Shown piece after piece: positions 46,220-55,960 of a stretch of 64,000 nucleotides of DNA; the first letter of the stretch is position 1; each line of letters begins with the position of its first letter. The DNA comes from Candidatus Wallbacteria bacterium (GTDB lineage: Bacteria; Muiribacteriota; JAQTZZ01), in NCBI GenBank assembly GCA_028687545.1, contig JAQTZZ010000014.1, positions 9,348 to 73,347 on the forward strand, given 5' to 3'. The notes under the pieces were generated by a model. It was given only the letters and a program-made list of their open reading frames with translations, ran no database searches and was not told the origin of the DNA. A program made the translations under genes and the position numbers.

Positions 46220-49003
46220 ATGCTGAAAAAATTCATCACTCTTGATTACAGCGTTGACCTGCTGGAACATCTTTGCGGCATGCTGCTCGACGGAAGTCAG
46301 CTTGAGAGGAAAATGGTGATTTTCCCGGGCAAGCGGCCGGCGCTGTATCTGAGAAAAAAGCTCTCCCTGAAACTGGGACGCGATTTCCTGCCTCCGCAGA
46401 TCCTGTCGCTTTCCGAACTGATCAACAGGTGCGTGGAACCGGCAGGCCGGGAAATCGATTCAAGCGAAGGCAGCTTCCTGCTTTACAAGTTTCTGAATGA
46501 ACTTCCTTCAGGCCCGTTGCAGCAGAAACTCAGCTCGTTCAGAAGCTTCTCGGCATTTTTCTACTGGGGACTGGAACTTTTCAGGTTATTCGAGGAATTC
46601 CTGTCAGGATCGATCGGAGAAACTGAAATCAGGCAACTTTCTGAAGCCCAGGAATTCGCGGAAGCTCCGCCTGAAGCGCTATATCTCTGGAAAAACATGG
46701 GCGAGATCTTTTCCAGCTGGTGCAGGATGCTTGATCGGGAAAAACTGCATACTGCAGGTCTACTCTGCCGCAGGGCAGGCGATCTCAGCAGGATCGAACT
46801 GCCAGGCGTCGATCAAATCATCTTCGCTTCATTCTATTCCCTGACAGCCAGCGAACAGAAGCTGTTCAGGAGGATCATGGAAAGCAGGCCTTCAGTATAT
46901 CTTGCACAGTGCGAGCCTGCAGATCAGGTGGTCCTGAATCTGTCACGCAGTTTCGAAACGACTCAGGAACGCGTAAGTTCCATTTTAAAAAAACCTGCTG
47001 TGACCCATCATCAGGCTACCAGTGTGCAGCACGAAATGGTGCTGCTGCGCGAATTGTTGCGCGGATCAGGAGATCTGTCTGACTGTGCGGTGGTAATGCC
47101 GAGGTCAGAATCACTGATACCTTTCCTCTGGGAAACCGCGGATTACCTGGACCAGGATTACAACGTTTCTCTGACATATCCGCTTAAACGCACCCCTTTT
47201 TACAGCCTGCTCGAACGGATCATGCAGGTGCAGGAAACCAGAGTGGAGGAAAAATATTACTCCAGGAATTTTCTCTCGCTTTTCTCCCATCCGTATGTGA
47301 AAAGCATCTCGTTTGAAGGTCAGGACCCTTCTCTCACCAGGATGGTGGTGCAGAATCTGGCTGAAACCTTCGAAAAAAAGCAGCTCCAGTTTTTTTCCAT
47401 CTCCGAGCTGCCTGACCTCTTGAAGCCTGACTTGAGAACTTCACACAACGGACTGCCTCCTGCTATAGAGGAGCGGCTGCTTCATTTCCTGCTCGCTAAA
47501 TTCATCCGGAATTTCGAAGCTGTCTCATCGCTGGCAGGCCTGTTTTCCGGATTCAAATCAATGCTCCTCTTTCTGTCCGGAAACAGCGACAGCGTGCATT
47601 ACTACTTTGCGCCTGAGTTTCTGGAAAGCTTCCTGACACTGTTCTCAAGCCTGGAAAAAAGCTGCCTTTCCGAGTATGAGGCCGGAAGCGGGAAAAGCAC
47701 GGATCTTTTCAACATTTTCAGGCATCTGGCTGAGCAGACTTCAGTAAATTTCAGGGGTGTGCCTCTCAAAGGCTATCAGGTGCTCGGACTGTTCGAGACC
47801 AGATCCCTCAAATTCGGCAGGGTTTTTTTTCTGGACTTGAATGACGACGTGCTCCCAAGTGTCAGGAAATATGAGGCCCTGATTTCTCCCGCGCTGCGCA
47901 AAGCGGCGGGCCTGCCAACATACAGGGACAGGGAACTTCTTTACAGACATTATTTCAGAGCAGCGGTTCAAGGTTCAGGTGAAGCCCATCTGTTCCATTT
48001 AACAGGAGCGGACAAAGTCAAAAGTCGTTTTGTGGAAGAATTCATCTGGGAACAGGAAAAAGTTTCAGGCAGGCTTTCGGCTTCCGTTTTCGAACAGGCT
48101 TTCCCTGTAAGGCTGAAAAAAGATACAGGTCTCAAGATTTTCAAGGATGAGATCATGAAAACGCTTTCAAACATGACTTTTTCACCTTCCAAAGTGGACA
48201 CCTACCTGAACTGTCCGCTTTCCTTCTATTTCAAGTACCTGGCGCATTTCAGGGATCTGGCCGAAGAATCACAGGCTGTCGCGCTGGGAAGCCTGGTGCA
48301 TACGATACTGGAAAGACTTTTTACGGGGGTGAAAAATCTGAATCATCAGGAAATCCGCAGACTTCAAGACATACTGCCCCGGATCATCGATACTGCTTAT
48401 TCTGAAAACTATCCGATCCTGGAGGGTGAGATCCTGATCGGGAAAAAGCTGGTGGAAAAAAGGCTTGAGGATCTGCTGAAGCTGGAGTCCCGCAGATTTT
48501 CAGAAATCCCGGGAAGGCTCGTCGGACTTGAACATGAAATCAGGGGAGAATTCCCCCATGGCGGCCTCAGATTCCAGGGTAAGCTGGACAGGGTGGAAAA
48601 ACAGGGCTTTACGCTCAGAATCATTGATTACAAAACCGGAAATGTCGATTTTCTAAAGCCCAGGATCCGGGAAATCCTTGAGTCAGATTCTCCCATATCC
48701 GAACGTACTGAAATGAAACGCCTGATCCGCTCATTCCAGCTTCCCCTCTATCTTCACCTGATCAGAGAAGAAGAGACAGCCAGTGATCTAGATGCCTGCT
48801 GGTTTGCGATCAAGCAGGTAGAACTGGTCAGTATTTTCGGAAAAACCAATCCCAAAGAAAAAGAGGAGCTTCTAGATAGAATTCTTGATTCCTGCCGGCA
48901 GCTGACCGCTGAAATGCTCGATCCTGAAACACCGTTTGAAAACCAGTGTAGGGATGCAAAGGAATGCGGCAGCTGCAGCTTCAGGCACCTCTGCGGAGGT
49001 TGA
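46220..49003 (+). CDS. addB: AddB-like PD-(D/E)XK nuclease subunit
   Basis: FSPSKVDTYLNCP, GKLDRVE..IIDYKTG, FQLPLY; C-terminal C..C..C Fe-S cysteines. Confidence 0.82.
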   Translation: MLKKFITLDYSVDLLEHLCGMLLDGSQLERKMVIFPGKRPALYLRKKLSLKLGRDFLPPQILSLSELINRCVEPAGREIDSSEGSFLLYKFLNELPSGPLQQKLSSFRSFSAFFYWGLELFRLFEEFLSGSIGETEIRQLSEAQEFAEAPPEALYLWKNMGEIFSSWCRMLDREKLHTAGLLCRRAGDLSRIELPGVDQIIFASFYSLTASEQKLFRRIMESRPSVYLAQCEPADQVVLNLSRSFETTQERVSSILKKPAVTHHQATSVQHEMVLLRELLRGSGDLSDCAVVMPRSESLIPFLWETADYLDQDYNVSLTYPLKRTPFYSLLERIMQVQETRVEEKYYSRNFLSLFSHPYVKSISFEGQDPSLTRMVVQNLAETFEKKQLQFFSISELPDLLKPDLRTSHNGLPPAIEERLLHFLLAKFIRNFEAVSSLAGLFSGFKSMLLFLSGNSDSVHYYFAPEFLESFLTLFSSLEKSCLSEYEAGSGKSTDLFNIFRHLAEQTSVNFRGVPLKGYQVLGLFETRSLKFGRVFFLDLNDDVLPSVRKYEALISPALRKAAGLPTYRDRELLYRHYFRAAVQGSGEAHLFHLTGADKVKSRFVEEFIWEQEKVSGRLSASVFEQAFPVRLKKDTGLKIFKDEIMKTLSNMTFSPSKVDTYLNCPLSFYFKYLAHFRDLAEESQAVALGSLVHTILERLFTGVKNLNHQEIRRLQDILPRIIDTAYSENYPILEGEILIGKKLVEKRLEDLLKLESRRFSEIPGRLVGLEHEIRGEFPHGGLRFQGKLDRVEKQGFTLRIIDYKTGNVDFLKPRIREILESDSPISERTEMKRLIRSFQLPLYLHLIREEETASDLDACWFAIKQVELVSIFGKTNPKEKEELLDRILDSCRQLTAEMLDPETPFENQCRDAKECGSCSFRHLCGG

Positions 49004-49027
49004 GAATAAAAAGGCATACATTTATAT

Positions 49028-49191
49028 GGCTGATCAAAAATGCCCAGATGCTAGGCGACCGAGATTGCGCAAAGCGAGATGTATCTAGTGCATCTAAACC
49101 AATGAAGTAGCATTGGTCAAGATGCACTTGAAAAGTACATTGAGCTGCGCAAATCGAGGTCAACGACGCAGATGGGCGTTTTTGATCAGCC
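49028..49191. mobile_element. MITE-like element with 24-bp imperfect terminal inverted repeats
   Basis: GGCTGATCAAAAATGCCCAGATGC versus the reverse complement of the right end GGCTGATCAAAAACGCCCATCTGC (21/24). Confidence 0.7.
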
Positions 49192-49752
49192 TTAGTTCAA
49201 TTGATGCTCATCGTCTAGAGTGATGTCTATCCTCGGCCGCTCTGATCTCTTCGGGTCGAAAACTTTTTGAACAGGCAGGAGGGCAGCATTCGGGTTGCGG
49301 TTGTCACCGGTTGAAAACAGCTTCTGATAATCCTGAATTGTGAATGAGCCCATCTGGACAGGCATGTGGATGCTCTCTCTGGCTGGCAGGGAACGGTTGA
49401 ATTCAGCAATTTTCCGCTCCAGACTTGTGTATCTGCCATCTATTTCATCACCCAGAGAATTGAAATAAAGGACTTTCTCATCGCAGATGGCCAGCAGCTC
49501 CTTGAGTTCTTCGGTTTTCGTTTCCAGCTGCCGGATGTTGAGAGCGCTGTTTTTCTTGAATTCCTCATAGATTTCGATCAGCTGAAATTTGATATCCAGA
49601 AGTTCATCGATGTTTTCAGAATTTTGAAGTTTCTCGTTTTTGGCGGAATGTCTTGCGCAAGCAGACACTATCCAGTAAAGGAACAATCCCAGTACTGTTC
49701 CGCTGAAAAGTATCAACAGGTGGTCAATCTGAGTCAAGAAATCCAAGTTCAT
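49192..49752 (-). CDS. Hypothetical membrane-anchored coiled-coil protein
   Basis: N-terminal TM followed by a coiled coil; overlaps the recX 3' end. Confidence 0.65.
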   Translation of the reverse strand: MNLDFLTQIDHLLILFSGTVLGLFLYWIVSACARHSAKNEKLQNSENIDELLDIKFQLIEIYEEFKKNSALNIRQLETKTEELKELLAICDEKVLYFNSLGDEIDGRYTSLERKIAEFNRSLPARESIHMPVQMGSFTIQDYQKLFSTGDNRNPNAALLPVQKVFDPKRSERPRIDITLDDEHQLN

Positions 49753-50167
49753 CTAAAATTGTCCTGCCTTCTTCTTCCGAGAAACATCCGGAGCGGAGAA
49801 AATTTAATGTTTTTTTCCGGTCTGTTGCGAGTTTGTTTTTTTTCAGATAATTCAAGGCAAGTGTTATCAGCTGCCCGTCAGGAAACAGCTTAACAATTTC
49901 CTGGGCTTTTTCAAGAGGCACTCCCAACTTGTCAAGCAATGACAGCAACCGTTCCCGCCCTACCGGCTTTTTCGCAATGGTTTTGTAAAGAATTTCCGAC
50001 AGTACCCTCTCGTCATCCAGCAGGCCGAGTTTGTCAAGTTCCTCTAATGCACAATTAATTTCAGTGAAGGAAAAACCGGCAGAAGCCAACTTCCGCCGGA
50101 GTTCATACGATGAATAGTCGCGGCTGGTGAAAAGTTTCAGTGCAAATTCACGGCAGCTTCTGTGCAT
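49724..50167 (-). CDS. recX: Regulatory protein RecX
   Basis: ALKLFTSRDYSSYELRRKL, GLLDDER; immediately downstream of recA. Confidence 0.85.
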   Translation of the reverse strand: MHRSCREFALKLFTSRDYSSYELRRKLASAGFSFTEINCALEELDKLGLLDDERVLSEILYKTIAKKPVGRERLLSLLDKLGVPLEKAQEIVKLFPDGQLITLALNYLKKNKLATDRKKTLNFLRSGCFSEEEGRTILDELGFLDSD

Positions 50168-50173
50168 AGGCCG

Positions 50174-51217
50174 TCAGCCAGCCAGTTTCTCCTTGACTTT
50201 GGATGTGACCTCGTTGTAAATGTCGATGTTTTCCTTGAAGAACTGCTTGACGTTTTCCTTACCCTGCCCGAGCTTGTGCTGGCCATATGTATACCAGGCT
50301 CCGCTCTTCTCGATGATGTTATACTCAGCGGCCAGATCTACGATCATGCCGGTTTTGGAGATGCCTTCGCCGAAAATCATCTCGAATTCTGCAAACTTGA
50401 AGGGAGGAGCCACTTTATTTTTGACGACCTTCGCCTTGACACGGGTTCCGACCTGCTCTCCGGCCTTTTCCACATTTCCACATTTTTTTACCTCGATGCG
50501 CACCGAAGCATAGAACTTGAGGGCGCGTCCGCCGGGGGTGGTCTCAGGGTTTCCATACATCACGCCGGGCTTTTCGCGGATCTGGTTAATAAAGATCATC
50601 AGCGTCTTGGTTTTAGAGATGGCACCGGTGAGCTTGCGCAGTGCCTGTGACATCAGCCTCGCCTGCAGCGCGATATGGGCATCCCCCATTTCTCCCTCGA
50701 TCTCGGCTTTGGTTACAAGAGCTGCCACGGAGTCAAGCACGATGGCATCGACGCTGCCGCTGCGGATAAGTGTTTCACAGATTTCAAGGGCTTCCTCGCC
50801 TGAGGAGGGCTGGGAAACCAGGAGGTTATCGATATCCACGCCGAGAAGCTTGGCATATTCAGGATCCAGAGCGTGTTCCACATCTATGAAGGCCACGATG
50901 CCGCCGGATTTCTGGGCTTCTGCAGTCACGAATAAGGCCAGCGTAGTCTTACCGCTCGATTCCGGGCCGAAGATTTCGACGACCCTACCGCGGGGCAGGC
51001 CGCCAATCCCGAGGGCTTTGTCCAGAGTGAGTATTCCAGTGGAAATCGTCTCCACTTTCAAAACTTGAGAGTTATCGCCAAGCCGCATGATGGCCGTCTT
51101 TCCGAACTGCTTCTGCACATAGGAAATCGCCATATCCAGCGCACGCTTCTTGTCATCTGCCAGTCCTTTTGCTTCTTTTTCTTCTACCATAGTGTCGCGC
51201 TCAGCATTCTTTGCCAT
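50174..51217 (-). CDS. recA: Recombinase RecA
   Basis: [47 protein letters not shown]. Confidence 0.99.
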   Translation of the reverse strand: MAKNAERDTMVEEKEAKGLADDKKRALDMAISYVQKQFGKTAIMRLGDNSQVLKVETISTGILTLDKALGIGGLPRGRVVEIFGPESSGKTTLALFVTAEAQKSGGIVAFIDVEHALDPEYAKLLGVDIDNLLVSQPSSGEEALEICETLIRSGSVDAIVLDSVAALVTKAEIEGEMGDAHIALQARLMSQALRKLTGAISKTKTLMIFINQIREKPGVMYGNPETTPGGRALKFYASVRIEVKKCGNVEKAGEQVGTRVKAKVVKNKVAPPFKFAEFEMIFGEGISKTGMIVDLAAEYNIIEKSGAWYTYGQHKLGQGKENVKQFFKENIDIYNEVTSKVKEKLAG

Positions 51218-51240
51218 CAAATGTACCTCCGTAATTCATT

Positions 51241-51275
51241 GAATAGATTCTATTCTGCCGGAGATTTTTTGTCAA
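51241..51275 (-). promoter_or_regulatory. recA sigma70 promoter with an overlapping 15-bp palindrome
   Basis: Minus strand TTGACA (51275-51270), 17 nt, TAGAAT (51252-51247); palindrome GAATAGA-T-TCTATTC at 51241-51255. Confidence 0.75.
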
Positions 51276-51469
51276 TAAACTGGTTTTCCGGCTGATGCAG
51301 AGGATATAACAATCCGCGTGCCAAAATCCAATCCCTTGATAAACGCAGATAGAGACGCGCTGAGGCAATTCACTATCTGGTGAATCCGTATCGTTTTGAT
51401 AATCTACCGTCTCAGATTGAGATGGATCAATTCATCAATAATTGATCGTCAATATATGATTACTAAAGA

Positions 51470-51571
51470 TGACTGTTCAAAAACATCCGGATGCTAGGCA
51501 TAAGAGGCTCTAACAAATAAATTTGTAAAAGCCTCTATACAACAACGCAGACGGGTGTTTTTCAACAGTCA
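51470..51571. mobile_element. Short MITE-like element related to 49028-49191
   Basis: TGACTGTTCAAAAACATCCGGATGC versus the reverse complement TGACTGTTGAAAAACACCCGTCTGC (21/25); internal hairpin AGAGGCT..ACAAAT/ATTTGT..AGCCTCT. Confidence 0.62.
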
Positions 51572-53200
51572 CTTTTCAGCCATGAATGGATATCCATACG
51601 CCTTGGGCGGGTCGAACAGCTCCTTGATCGCCCTGGGGCTCGTCCAGCGGATCAGGTTAAGCTTGCTGCCGGCCTTGTCATTGGTGCCTGAAGCGCGGCT
51701 TCCGCCGAACGGCTGCTGTCCTACCACTGCTCCTGTAGGCTTGTCGTTCAGATAGAAATTACCGGCTGCGTGGCGGAGAGCGTTTTCCATCTGCACGAGG
51801 GCATAGCGGTCCCGGGCAAAGACAGCGCCCGTGAGGCCGTAAGGAGATCCGGCATCACAAAGTTTCAACGTTTTTTCATAATCCTTGTCAGCATAGACGT
51901 AAATCGTGAGCACAGGGCCGAAGATCTCTTCCACCATGGTTTTGAACTTGGGATCCTTGGCGAGGATCACGGTAGGCTCGATGAAAAATCCCTTGCTGGA
52001 ATCACATTTCCCGCCGATCACCACTTCCGCGTCCTTGCTCTTTCTGGCGGTTTCGATGCAGGACTTGAGGTTGTCGAATGAATTCTGGTCGATCACGGCA
52101 CCCAGGAAGTTTGTGAAATCTTCGGTGTCCCCCATCCTGATCGTGCGGATCTCGCTGTCCAGTATCTTGAGCAGCTTGTTCCAGATGCTCCTCGGCACAA
52201 AGGCGCGCGAAGCGGCAGAGCATTTCTGGCCCTGGTATTCGAAGGCTCCCCTGATCATGGCTGTAGCGAGAGCCCTGATGTCAGCCGTCGGATGAGCGAA
52301 GATGAAGTCCTTGCCGCCCGTTTCTCCGACGATGCGCGGGTAACTCCTGTATTTCCCGATGTTGTTCCCGACAGTTTTCCACATCTGCTGGAAAACTTTG
52401 GTGGAACCCGTGAAATGGATCCCGGCCAGTTCAGTGTGATTGAGCACGATCTCGCCAATCTGTGCCCCTGTGCCGGGGATGAAGTTGATCACACCCGGGG
52501 GCAGTCCGGCTTCTTCAAACAGTTTCATCAGGAAATACCCTGAGTAGACAGCAGTGGAGGCAGGCTTCCAGAGCACTGTGTTTCCCATCATGGCCGGAGC
52601 TGACGGCAGGTTTCCCGCGATCGAGGTGAAGTTGAATGGAGTGACGGCGAACACGAAACCTTCCAGTGGCCTGTATTCCAGCCTGTCCCAGTATGCGGAA
52701 GTGGAACCGGGCTGATCTTTGTACAGCTCTCTCATGAAATAGGCGTTGAAACGGAAAAAATCGATCAGTTCGCAGGCAGCATCGATTTCTGCCTGAAAGG
52801 CGGTCTTACTCTGCCCGAGCATGGTGGCGGCGTTCAGAGTGGACCGCCAGGGACCGGCCAGCAGCTCGGCGGCTTTCAGAAAAATCGCCGCCCTGTGTTC
52901 CCAGGGCATGTTTTCCCACTGCCATTTAGCAGCGAGTGCGGCCTCGATGGCCTTCCTGATCTCAGGTTCCCCTGCCTTATGATAGACTGCCAGTACATGT
53001 TTCTTATCATGCGGGATGATGCATTTTCCGGTCTTCCCGGTCCTGATCTCAGTTCCACCGATAATCAGAGGTATTTCATATTCCTTACTCTTGAGTTCAG
53101 CCAGTCTGGATTTGAGTTCCTTTTTTTCCCTGGCCCCCGGGGCATAAGCAAGGATCGGCTCATTGACAGGTGTTTTAACTTCGTAAATTCCATTGGACAT
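51569..53200 (-). CDS. pruA: L-glutamate gamma-semialdehyde (P5C) dehydrogenase
   Basis: NEPILAYAPG, QAEIDAACELIDF, PFNFTSIAGNL, FTGST, GETGGKDF, FEYQGQKCSAAS, EEIFGP, SGTNDKAGS. Confidence 0.96.
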   Translation of the reverse strand: MSNGIYEVKTPVNEPILAYAPGAREKKELKSRLAELKSKEYEIPLIIGGTEIRTGKTGKCIIPHDKKHVLAVYHKAGEPEIRKAIEAALAAKWQWENMPWEHRAAIFLKAAELLAGPWRSTLNAATMLGQSKTAFQAEIDAACELIDFFRFNAYFMRELYKDQPGSTSAYWDRLEYRPLEGFVFAVTPFNFTSIAGNLPSAPAMMGNTVLWKPASTAVYSGYFLMKLFEEAGLPPGVINFIPGTGAQIGEIVLNHTELAGIHFTGSTKVFQQMWKTVGNNIGKYRSYPRIVGETGGKDFIFAHPTADIRALATAMIRGAFEYQGQKCSAASRAFVPRSIWNKLLKILDSEIRTIRMGDTEDFTNFLGAVIDQNSFDNLKSCIETARKSKDAEVVIGGKCDSSKGFFIEPTVILAKDPKFKTMVEEIFGPVLTIYVYADKDYEKTLKLCDAGSPYGLTGAVFARDRYALVQMENALRHAAGNFYLNDKPTGAVVGQQPFGGSRASGTNDKAGSKLNLIRWTSPRAIKELFDPPKAYGYPFMAEK

Positions 53201-53242
53201 TTTTCACCCCCGTAACTATTGATCATAAAAAAGAGTTTATCT

Positions 53243-53809
53243 TCAGGCCGGGGAATTTTCAAACTGCCTGCTCCGGATCCTGCCAGCAGTTTCTTCCAGG
53301 GCAGCAGAAAAAATATCCGGAGTCCACTTGCCGGCAGTTTTCAAGCTGTTCAGGCATGCCGAAAGGTCGATTTCCAATTCAGGGCAGGGTTTGAAAATCA
53401 GCAGTTCTTTTTCCAGGATTTCGAGAATCCTGAGCAGCTGCTTCTTCTCTGCTACAGCAGCCGGCAGCTCGCTGATTGACTGAAGCAGGCTGGGTTTAAG
53501 CAAGGTTTGAATCACATGCTTCGCAAATTCCACGAATTCAAAGGCCTCGGAAACTACAACGGGTTTTTGCACAAGGAAAAACAATCCATCAGTCACAAAA
53601 CTGGTAATCCTGGTCAGATAGGGTTTCAAAAATTTAAATCCCTTGTTGATCTCTGAATACGACTCCTTGAACAATGGCAGATTCTTCACCGCGTCATACC
53701 GCTCCGGGTATTTTTTGATCAGTTTGAACGTCATGGACTGCAGAATATCCATCAAATCCAGAATCTCCGGCGGTACTGCTATGAAATGCCTGTCGATCTT
53801 GTTGTCCAT
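53243..53809 (-). CDS. Hypothetical protein
   Basis: 188-aa ORF with GGAG RBS; no recognised motif. Confidence 0.65.
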   Translation of the reverse strand: MDNKIDRHFIAVPPEILDLMDILQSMTFKLIKKYPERYDAVKNLPLFKESYSEINKGFKFLKPYLTRITSFVTDGLFFLVQKPVVVSEAFEFVEFAKHVIQTLLKPSLLQSISELPAAVAEKKQLLRILEILEKELLIFKPCPELEIDLSACLNSLKTAGKWTPDIFSAALEETAGRIRSRQFENSPA

Positions 53810-53890
53810 CTGATATCTCCAAATTAATTCTGCTCAAATTCTAGCGGATTGAGCTTAAACATGCAAATTAACAAACCCTGCATCCGGTTT

Positions 53891-55714
53891 TTACATCTGC
53901 ACTCTGGTGACGACCCCATGCAGTTTCTCTGAAGGCAGGTGGTAAAACTCAATGTAATGGGGGGTGATCTTACGGATCAGACGGAAAATCTTCCAGATCG
54001 GGCTCTCAGTATCGATCTCTTCTACTCCATAAAAAACTGCAACTGCGTTGATTCCGGCTTCTGTGAGCACCTGCTCCAGTTCAACTTGCTCCATATATCC
54101 GGTAGTGATCAGGAACGGCCTCAGTCCAGGCGCGATTTCCTCGCCAAAAGTCCAGCTGACCCCGAAAGGCGTAGTAGTGGTAGATACTGAAACCAGGTAA
54201 CAGTTGCGGTAGATAATCCGGTGGGTAAAAAATGTCCTCACTATGTAAGGAGGGATGAAATTCGGGTCGCGCGCAAGGAATACCGCATTCCCGTCAAGCA
54301 TTGTCCCGGCAAAGCGTGCTTCCAGGTATTTTTCCCTGAATTCCGTTAAAGAAGTTGGTTTGAGCCTTTCAAACAATCGCCGCTGGCCTCTGGTGTATAG
54401 AAGGATCAGCAGAAAAGGGATGGAGGAAATCACCAGCGACCAGTAGCCTCCCTGGGGTATTTTATGCAGGTTGGCGCAGAGATATGTCAGGTCCACCAGA
54501 ACCACTGTCAATGCTCCGAAAAGGTGCAGCTTCCGTTTCCGCAGAAAAAAGAGCCAGCACATCAGGATTCCGGTGATAGTCATGTCGCCGGTCACTGCGA
54601 GCCCGTAAGCGGCAGCAAGGCCTGCCGAACATTTGAAAACAACCATCAGAAGCAGTACGAAGAAACACAGAAACCAGTTGACGATCCCGATATAGATCTG
54701 CGTGCGGATTTTGGCGGAAGTATAGTCTATTTTAAAGAGTGGAATCAGGCGGGCTGCCATGGCCTGGAAGGCGATGGAAAACATCCCGCTGATCATGGCC
54801 TGGGAAGCGATCACAGTGGCCATGATGCTCAGGATCAGGAAAGGTACATACAATGGCTGCAAAACCGAATTCACCATGGAAAACAGGGGATTCACTACTC
54901 CGGTATGCAGCAGCAGGAATGCGCCCTGGCCCAGATAGCAGAGGATCAGGGTGAAATACACAAAGTACCATCCCCTGACAATGGGCAGGCGGCCTAAATG
55001 TCCCATGTCCGTGTACATGGCTTCGCCACCTGTGCTGCAGAGGATCACGGCTGAGAGAAGGAAAAAGCCCCTGCTGCCCTGATGCCAAAGAAAAAGGAGT
55101 CCCTCGAGCGGATTCAGCGCCCGGATCACTTCAGGGCACTTCAGGACCCAATAGAATCCATAAATGCCGAGGGTGAGGAACCAGACCAGCATGACTGGGC
55201 CAAACGTCCCGGAAACTTTTCCGGCTCCGTTGCGCTGGACCGAAAACAGGAACAGGGCGATCGTGCCCGCAAGTATGATCAGAGTCCATTGAGAGACATC
55301 CAGGCAGCCGGGAATCAGCCTGATTCCTTCCACGGCGCTCAGGATGCTGATTGCAGGGGTGATCACTCCGTCACCAATCAGCAGCGAAATACCCAGGAAA
55401 GAGAGCAAGGTGATGATCGACTTCTTCGCACCTGAGAGCTTGGGTTTGATGATGCCAGCCAGGATCAGAGTACCTCCCTCACCGTTGCGGCTCAAGTGAG
55501 TAGCCAGCCAGGCATATTCAAGCGTAACCAGCACGAAAAGCGTCCAGATGATCAGAGAAACGATTCCCAGCACATTGGCCGGTTCATGTGGAACCAGCAA
55601 CAGTGCGACTGCCAGGGTATAAATAGGGCTGGTGCCGATATCTCCGAACACCAGGCCCAGAGACTTGATCAGGCCTGATAAGTCCGAAATGAGTTCACTT
55701 TTAGTGATTTTCAC
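53891..55714 (-). CDS. kup: KUP/HAK/KT potassium transporter (copy 1)
   Basis: LGLVFGDIGTSPIY, NGEGGT, DGVITPAISILSAVEG, TGGEAMYTDMGH, AAAYGLAV. Start reassigned to GTG 55714 because the track's N-terminal extension runs through the riboswitch. Confidence 0.94.
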   Translation of the reverse strand: MKITKSELISDLSGLIKSLGLVFGDIGTSPIYTLAVALLLVPHEPANVLGIVSLIIWTLFVLVTLEYAWLATHLSRNGEGGTLILAGIIKPKLSGAKKSIITLLSFLGISLLIGDGVITPAISILSAVEGIRLIPGCLDVSQWTLIILAGTIALFLFSVQRNGAGKVSGTFGPVMLVWFLTLGIYGFYWVLKCPEVIRALNPLEGLLFLWHQGSRGFFLLSAVILCSTGGEAMYTDMGHLGRLPIVRGWYFVYFTLILCYLGQGAFLLLHTGVVNPLFSMVNSVLQPLYVPFLILSIMATVIASQAMISGMFSIAFQAMAARLIPLFKIDYTSAKIRTQIYIGIVNWFLCFFVLLLMVVFKCSAGLAAAYGLAVTGDMTITGILMCWLFFLRKRKLHLFGALTVVLVDLTYLCANLHKIPQGGYWSLVISSIPFLLILLYTRGQRRLFERLKPTSLTEFREKYLEARFAGTMLDGNAVFLARDPNFIPPYIVRTFFTHRIIYRNCYLVSVSTTTTPFGVSWTFGEEIAPGLRPFLITTGYMEQVELEQVLTEAGINAVAVFYGVEEIDTESPIWKIFRLIRKITPHYIEFYHLPSEKLHGVVTRVQM

Positions 55715-55721
55715 TAACGCC

Positions 55722-55877
55722 CTTCCACATGCCTGCGAGGTTAGCTGACGGGCTCGGGCCTGGAAGTGCCCTTCCCGGACTCTTACAAAGTACTCTTTGT
55801 TAGAGACTGGGATACGCCCCAGGAAATTGGTTCCCCCGCATCCTTTTGCAGTTATCATTACAAGGATTCGGCTGCTT
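55722..55877 (-). ncRNA. c-di-AMP (ydaO/yuaA) riboswitch 1
   Basis: Minus strand GCAGCCGAATCC..GCGGGGGAACCA..TGGGGCGTATCC..GGGAAGGGCACTTCCAGGCCCGAGCCCGTCAGCTAACCTCGCAGGC fits the ydaO core; upstream of a K+ transporter. Confidence 0.9.
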
Positions 55878-55960
55878 GTGTAAAAATATCATAAATAATT
55901 TACTGAAATCAGTAAATTTTCCGTTAAAATTTATATTTTCACGGCTGCTTTGTCAAATCG

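Noticed and set aside
55715-55858. 48-aa N-terminal extension of kup1 in the ORF track
   Set aside because: It runs through the riboswitch aptamer; GTG 55714 has an SD and gives a normal N-terminus.
55869-55950. 9-bp direct repeat CGGCTGCTT at 55869 and 55942
   Set aside because: Too short to distinguish from chance or a duplication scar.
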